From Acidobacteriota bacterium (lineage in GTDB: Bacteria; Acidobacteriota; Thermoanaerobaculia; Multivoradales; UBA5704), in NCBI GenBank assembly GCA_040005235.1, contig JBDTZG010000047.1:1-41915 (forward strand): DNA of 41,915 nucleotides, written 5' to 3'. A model generated the notes under the pieces. It did not search any database, was not told where the DNA came from, and saw only the letters and a program-made list of their open reading frames with translations. Position numbers and translations under genes: made by a program. Each line of letters opens with the position of its first letter. Positions within the stretch are counted from its first letter, which is position 1. Positions 36,693 through 41,915 of the stretch are shown piece by piece.

Positions 36693-38276
36693 ATGGCGGA
36701 CGACAAGAGAGACGAGATCGGCGGCCCGTACGCCCGTTACGTGCTCGCGGTGTTGGTGCTGGTCTACGTCTTCAACTTTCTCGATCGCCAGATCCTGTCG
36801 ATCCTGGCCGAACGGATCAAGGCCGATCTGGGCGCCACCGATGCGCAGCTCGGCTATCTCTACGGCACCGCGTTCGCCGTGTTCTACGCCCTGTTCGGCC
36901 TGCCGCTCGGGCGCCTGGCGGACGTCTGGGATCGCCGCAAGCTGATCTCGATCGGTCTCGGTTTCTGGAGCGTCATGACCGCGGTTTCCGGAATGGCCCG
37001 CTCTTTCACTCAGCTCGCGCTCGCCCGGGTAGGCGTGGGGGTCGGCGAAGCGAGCGCCTCGCCGGCCGCCTACTCTCTTCTCTCGGACTACTTTCCCCGT
37101 GCGCGACGGGCGACGGTGCTCGCGATCTATTCGAGCGGCATCTACATCGGCTCCGGGCTCGGCCTGTTCCTCGGCGGTTTGGTGGTCAATCGCTGGGATC
37201 TGGCGTTTCCCGGGGGAGCGGCAGGCGGCGCGCCGTTCGGGCTCCAAGGGTGGCAGGCGGCGTTCTTCCTCGTCGGCCTGCCGGGGATTCCGCTCGCGTT
37301 TTGGGCGGCCTCTCTCCGCGAGCCGAAACGGGGCATCAGCGACGGTATCGTGAGCGGTGTGAGCGCGGTGAGCGCCGCCGGGCCGAAGCCGCTCCCCGCC
37401 TTTCTGGCCGAGCTTTCTTCGGTGATCCCGCCGTTTACGATCTGGAACCTCGTCCGCTTGGGGGCCTCGGCCGGAATGATCGCCGCCAACTTCGTGGCGG
37501 CCGGCGCGCTGATCGGCGCGGCGTTCCTGCTCACCAGCGCCTTCGGCAACCCGGCGCAATGGGCCTCGCTCGCTTTGGGCCTCTACGCCGCAGTCTCGTG
37601 GGGGCAATCGCTCGCGCTCCGCGATCGGCCGGCGGCGGCGCTCATCTTCCGCACCCCCTCGATGATCTATTCGATCCTCGGCTTCGCGTTCCTTTCTTTC
37701 AACGGCTATGGCTTCGGCTTCTGGCTCGCGCCGTTCTTCGCCCGCGTCCATGGCATGCCGCTCGACCAATTGGGACTGATCGTGGGCGGAGCTGCTGCGC
37801 TGGGGGGATGGATTGGAGTGACCTCGGGAGGAGTGCTCGCCGACCGCTGGCGGCAGACCTCGCCCCGCGGGCGGCTCCATGTCGGGATGTTGAACGCGGT
37901 CCTCGTCATTCCCCTCGTCCTCGCCGTGGCCTGGACGCCGAACAAGACGATCGCTCTCTGCCTCGCGCTGCCGCTCTACGCCGTCTCCGCCCTCTGGCTC
38001 GGCCCCGGCACCTCGACGATCCAGGATCTCGTCCTCCCCCGAATGCGCGCCATGGCGTCAGCGGCGTTCCTCCTGGTCAACACCCTGATCGGTCTCGCCA
38101 TGGGTCCCTACACCATCGGCCGCCTGAGCATGGCGACCGGAGATCTGCGCGTCGCCCTCTCGATCGCCCTGATCGCAAACGTCATTTCGCTCGGTTTCTT
38201 CCTGCTGGCGGCCCGCACCCTCGGCCACGACGAAGCGACCCGGCTCGAACGGGCGCAGGCGGTGGGGGAGGGGTAG
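36693..38276 (+). CDS. MFS transporter (Spinster-like)
   Basis: GGGAG RBS; FNFLDRQILSILAERIKADL, GRLADVWDRRKL, RVGVGVGEAS; many TM segments. Confidence 0.92.
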   Translation: MADDKRDEIGGPYARYVLAVLVLVYVFNFLDRQILSILAERIKADLGATDAQLGYLYGTAFAVFYALFGLPLGRLADVWDRRKLISIGLGFWSVMTAVSGMARSFTQLALARVGVGVGEASASPAAYSLLSDYFPRARRATVLAIYSSGIYIGSGLGLFLGGLVVNRWDLAFPGGAAGGAPFGLQGWQAAFFLVGLPGIPLAFWAASLREPKRGISDGIVSGVSAVSAAGPKPLPAFLAELSSVIPPFTIWNLVRLGASAGMIAANFVAAGALIGAAFLLTSAFGNPAQWASLALGLYAAVSWGQSLALRDRPAAALIFRTPSMIYSILGFAFLSFNGYGFGFWLAPFFARVHGMPLDQLGLIVGGAAALGGWIGVTSGGVLADRWRQTSPRGRLHVGMLNAVLVIPLVLAVAWTPNKTIALCLALPLYAVSALWLGPGTSTIQDLVLPRMRAMASAAFLLVNTLIGLAMGPYTIGRLSMATGDLRVALSIALIANVISLGFFLLAARTLGHDEATRLERAQAVGEG

Positions 38277-38316
38277 GGAAGGCTTGCTCCAGCGCGGTGA
38301 GGCTCGATCGGTTGCG

Positions 38317-41300
38317 TCAACTCCTCAGGCGCGCGACTAAGGTGAGACTAAACTCTACAGCTTGTTTCCAGGTCATATTCGTCGAATCCAGCGCGGCGAG
38401 ACGCTTGTCGATCTTCAGGCTTTCCTGGGCGAACAAGAGAGCCAGAGGGCGATGGCCTTGATCTTCGTGAAATAGAGCAATTCGCGTGTGACCGAAGGCA
38501 AGGTCTCGTTGCCAAACGGCGTAGGAGGGATTGCTGGACGCCAAGCTGTGGATCACGACAAGCGACTCCAAGTAGGCGGCGAGGGCGCCGGTTAGATTGC
38601 CTTGGTCCTTGAGGATGTCGCCAAGCTTTGCATGGCTTACGCTAAGATCTCGCTGCCAACAGGCATTCGTGGGGTCGGCCTTCGAAAGCTGTTTTATGAT
38701 CGCCAATGCCTCTTGGCAGACTGTCATGGCTCCTGCCCTATCTCCTTGGGCGCGCAGTACCTCACCCACTTCGGCGTGGCTAACGCTCAGATCTCGTTGC
38801 CAACCCCTGTTCGAGGGATCTGTCGCAACGAGTCGTTGCATGACATCCAGTGCTTCTTGGCAGACGTCCAGAGCCTCGGCTACATTGCCTTGGGAGAGCA
38901 GTTCCTTTCCCACTCTAGCTTGGCTAACGCTCATTTCGCGCTGCCAGGCCTTGTTCGAAAGATCAGCTGCCGCCAATCTTTGGATAACCAATAGCGACTC
39001 ACGGTAAGACGCCAATGCTCCAGACAGATCGTATTGTTTCCGTAATACTTCGCCCACCTTTGTGAAACTGATGCTCAAGTCGCGCTGCCAAGCCGAGTTC
39101 AACGGATGAGTCGCAGCCAGCCTTTGCCTTACCCCCATCGCCTCCTTATATGAGGCAAGAGCCCCGACCAGATCGCCTTGGTCCTGGAGCACGTCGCCAC
39201 GCCGGTCGAGCAGCGAAGTTCGCTCTCGGAGCCAGACGGGCTTTTTGGCCTTTCTGTTCGGAAAGCGATCCAAGCAGCCGGCCACCGCGTTCAGAGCGAG
39301 GTTGGCAAGGGCCAATCGACCCAAATCTGCCAGGCGAGAGCAAGCGTCGTAAGCCAAATACCTGGCGAGCGGAATCCAAAGTTTCCGACCTTCGTCCGAT
39401 CGCAACAAGGCAGCGGCATGCTCTAAGGTGTGGGCTAGGACGATCGGCTCAGCTTCTCCGGTGTCAGTTGCCAATCCTGCGGAGAGGTGCCCCCAAAGCC
39501 AATGCGCCAAGCGTTTGTGAACGGCTAAGTCGGAGACAACCTCTTGCCGGGCGAAGCGATACCCGAGCACGTGTGTGAACTGCCAATGGTCCGTCCTTTC
39601 AGAGCGCCGCAACAGACTGCGCTGCACCAGGGACTGGAGAACCTCGCGAGCTGTTCCTTCGCCTGCAGGAGGCTCTAAGGCCGCTACGATGGCCGCGAGC
39701 GGGAAAGGTGCGCGAGCGAGGAGGCCGGCCGCCGCAAGTGCTTGGCGTGCGGGGCCTGCCAGCCCGCGGACGCTACGATCGAACAGGTGCTTCAGTGTGT
39801 GATCGGCCTGGGTAGGGTCGCTAAGGTTGGGCAGTGGTTTCGCCAACCAATCACGAACCAACCGCCCGGCGTCTTCGTCGTCGCGCGCGAGAAGGCTGCC
39901 GGCCCAAGTGAGCGCGAGAGGATGGCCCTCGAGCAGCTCCAACACGCAGTCCCGTTGTGCGCCGGTTACCCGTCCTAACGTTAGGGAGTCGAGCAACTTC
40001 GCCGCAGCCTCGGGTTGCAGAGCCTCCTTTAACTCAACGCTTTCAGCGGGGATCGCCTGTGTGCTCAGCCGGGTAAGAAGTAGCCGACGGTTCTGGGGTG
40101 AAAAGACGCTGAGCAATTTCCGGAGGTCTGAGCGGCCGTTCTTCCCGTCGGCCTCTTCGCCGCCTTCGATTACGATCAGAACGCGACGCGCCTGACAGGC
40201 CTCAATGGCGCGTTCCTCGGCAGGCGCTCGCTCCATAAGCTCGACTCCGCCCAGCTTGTTGGCGAGAGAGTTCCAGGCCGGTTCCATTTGGCCACGGAAG
40301 GTGTAGAGGTCGAGAAACACCACACCATTGGGAAACGGGCTACGGTCGAGTGAAGCTGCCGTTTCGCCGATAACCGCGCGGACCGCTTCGGCCGCCAAAG
40401 CGGTCTTGCCTAGGCCTGCAGGGCCTACGACGGCACTATTCTTCCCTGCGCGCAGTCGAGCTATGAGTTTTGTTAACTCCGCCGAGCGGCCAAAAAAAGT
40501 TTCTGCGGCGGGAGGCAGCTCGTGCGGAATGCGGTGGCAGGCCCCGTCGCCGGGCCTGATAAAGCTGGGAGGCGGCGCGGCGCGAGATGCCAGGACATGG
40601 CGCCGCAGCAGATCGCGCGCTGCGCCGCAGACCTGGACGTCAGGATCGCGAGGCTTGGCGATCGAGAGGTGGTTCTCATCCAGCCCGACGGGATCGGCGC
40701 CGACTCCTGGATGAGCGGAAGTCGGGTTAACGATTGACAGCACGCCGCCTACATTTCGCTGCTCGTAGTAGGTGACGGTTTCGATCTGAAGGTCCTCGGC
40801 GTGGTTGCGATACCAGTCGAAAAGGTCGCGTAGGTGGGCGTCGTGGGCGCGCAGATCTTCGAGGCTGACTGTCGCGCGGAAGACGGTGCGAAATGCGTTC
40901 GCTAGTGAGGCCAGCGTGGCTCCGGAATGGGGAGTGGCGAGGAACAGTACCGCGCGAGTATTGCGGGCTACCTGCTGTCGCCGCGCATCCTTTGAGTCAA
41001 CGGCCTTACGCAGGATTTGCTTGGCCAGCAGTCCTCCCAAGCTGTGGCAGGTGAACATCATCGGGCGCTCTCCGAGGCCGCGCTGCACCATCAGGTCGAG
41101 CACCTGCCCGGCACGGTCGGGGAGCGACATGCTGTGCCCGGCGTCGCCCTGACGCTCGGAAAGACACCCGAAGACCCGGGCCCATCGAGTCGGGCTAGCT
41201 GCGTAGCCGAGGGACCAAACGCCGATTTCTGGGAACTCCTTACCGAGCCAGTGAGGCCAGGAGCTTGAGGCGTCCTTGCCGTGGCGCCAAGTGGAGAACG

Positions 41301-41385
41301 CATCGCCGCCGAGGCCGTGGACGAAGATCACGTCGGCTTTCCGCTCGGTGTTTACACAGCCGGAGATCGGGTGCAGAGTGCTCAA
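38317..41385 (-). CDS. NLR-like STAND protein: alpha/beta hydrolase effector, P-loop NTPase and TPR repeats
   Basis: VIFVHGLGG, CHSLGGL, FLATPHSG, NHLSIAK; FFGRSAEL, Walker A GPAGLGKT, LLLTR, LEGHPLAL; six 48-aa repeats of WQRDLSVS type. TTG start. Confidence 0.9.
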   Translation of the reverse strand: MSTLHPISGCVNTERKADVIFVHGLGGDAFSTWRHGKDASSSWPHWLGKEFPEIGVWSLGYAASPTRWARVFGCLSERQGDAGHSMSLPDRAGQVLDLMVQRGLGERPMMFTCHSLGGLLAKQILRKAVDSKDARRQQVARNTRAVLFLATPHSGATLASLANAFRTVFRATVSLEDLRAHDAHLRDLFDWYRNHAEDLQIETVTYYEQRNVGGVLSIVNPTSAHPGVGADPVGLDENHLSIAKPRDPDVQVCGAARDLLRRHVLASRAAPPPSFIRPGDGACHRIPHELPPAAETFFGRSAELTKLIARLRAGKNSAVVGPAGLGKTALAAEAVRAVIGETAASLDRSPFPNGVVFLDLYTFRGQMEPAWNSLANKLGGVELMERAPAEERAIEACQARRVLIVIEGGEEADGKNGRSDLRKLLSVFSPQNRRLLLTRLSTQAIPAESVELKEALQPEAAAKLLDSLTLGRVTGAQRDCVLELLEGHPLALTWAGSLLARDDEDAGRLVRDWLAKPLPNLSDPTQADHTLKHLFDRSVRGLAGPARQALAAAGLLARAPFPLAAIVAALEPPAGEGTAREVLQSLVQRSLLRRSERTDHWQFTHVLGYRFARQEVVSDLAVHKRLAHWLWGHLSAGLATDTGEAEPIVLAHTLEHAAALLRSDEGRKLWIPLARYLAYDACSRLADLGRLALANLALNAVAGCLDRFPNRKAKKPVWLRERTSLLDRRGDVLQDQGDLVGALASYKEAMGVRQRLAATHPLNSAWQRDLSISFTKVGEVLRKQYDLSGALASYRESLLVIQRLAAADLSNKAWQREMSVSQARVGKELLSQGNVAEALDVCQEALDVMQRLVATDPSNRGWQRDLSVSHAEVGEVLRAQGDRAGAMTVCQEALAIIKQLSKADPTNACWQRDLSVSHAKLGDILKDQGNLTGALAAYLESLVVIHSLASSNPSYAVWQRDLAFGHTRIALFHEDQGHRPLALLFAQESLKIDKRLAALDSTNMTWKQAVEFSLTLVARLRS

Positions 41386-41549
41386 GAGGCAAGGCCCTCG
41401 TGGAACGCCGACGACGGAAAAGGAAACGTTCCGCTATTTTATCCAGATCCGGTGCATCGAGGCTCCGAAGGGGTGTTTCGGTGCGCGAGCCCGCTTTGTG
41501 GCGTCGCGTAAGCGGTTCGTCGGTTCCCGGGGGTGCTTCCTCGATACCG

Positions 41550-41861
41550 CCGCGCACCGCTGGGCAGGCCCCGCGCACCGCTGGACAGGTGCCGCGCACC
41601 GCTGGGCAGGTCCCGCCCACCGCTCTCCGGGCTCCGCCCACCGCTCTCGCGGCTCCGCCCACCGCTCTCGCGGCTCCGCGCACTCCTTCCGACATGCCGC
41701 GCACCGGTCCCGAGACGCTGCACACCCCTTCGCGCACTCTGCGCACCGGTCTCCAGAGGCCGTGCACTCCTTCCGGCGTTCTGAGCACCGGTGCCGTGAC
41801 GCCGCCCACCGCTTCGGGCACCCTACGAAGCGGTGTTGGGAATCCGCCCAGCACTTCGGGT
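41550..41861. repeat. Second degenerate 21-bp tandem array (about 15 units)
   Basis: Units CCGCGCACCGCTGGGCAGGCC and CCGCCCACCGCTCTCGCGGCT in strict 21-bp register up to the IS end. Confidence 0.92.
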
Positions 41862-41915
41862 TGTCACCGATCACCCTAAATTCCCCCCGTGCGATCACCT
41901 AAAAATCCCCCCCTC
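41862..41915. mobile_element. IS21-family-like terminal repeat (element truncated by window end)
   Basis: Starts TGT; two direct repeats CGATCACCCTAAATTCCCCCC (41868) and CGATCACCTAAAAATCCCCCC (41892), 24 bp apart, matching IS21 end architecture. Confidence 0.75.

Overview
GC-rich bacterial chromosome segment; the gene style suggests Acidobacteriota, probably Thermoanaerobaculia (inference, no search run). From left to right: the end of trpB and trpA, an esterase, Uma2, a DUF1501/DUF1800 pair, an acyl-CoA carboxylase beta subunit, a MoaD-MoaE fusion, a REP-like doublet and an Rpn-family nuclease. Several secreted enzymes follow, then a small-gene/DUF6036 nucleotidyltransferase pair. The best candidate for an undescribed system is 19.3-23.5 kb. 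There a secreted 86-aa peptide gene (W-rich helix, GxxxDPxG motif) and a Zn-finger-like/TPR-type protein diverge from a translationally coupled operon. That operon encodes a paralogue of the TPR protein's C-terminal part, a 21-bp tandem array that appears to encode a Pro/Gly heptad protein, and a coiled-coil protein with a basic tail; an HTH regulator follows. Next come a lower-GC patch with a SHOCT remnant, DUF4337, a sulfotransferase and a GT-like gene. A TetR-controlled TonB receptor/SDR/CoA ligase/hydrolase/atypical KAS III/MFS operon and a hydrolase-STAND-TPR (NLR-like) gene follow. The window ends with a second, related 21-bp array cut by an IS21-like terminus. No rRNA, tRNA or CRISPR array was seen. 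All family assignments come from motif recognition by eye.
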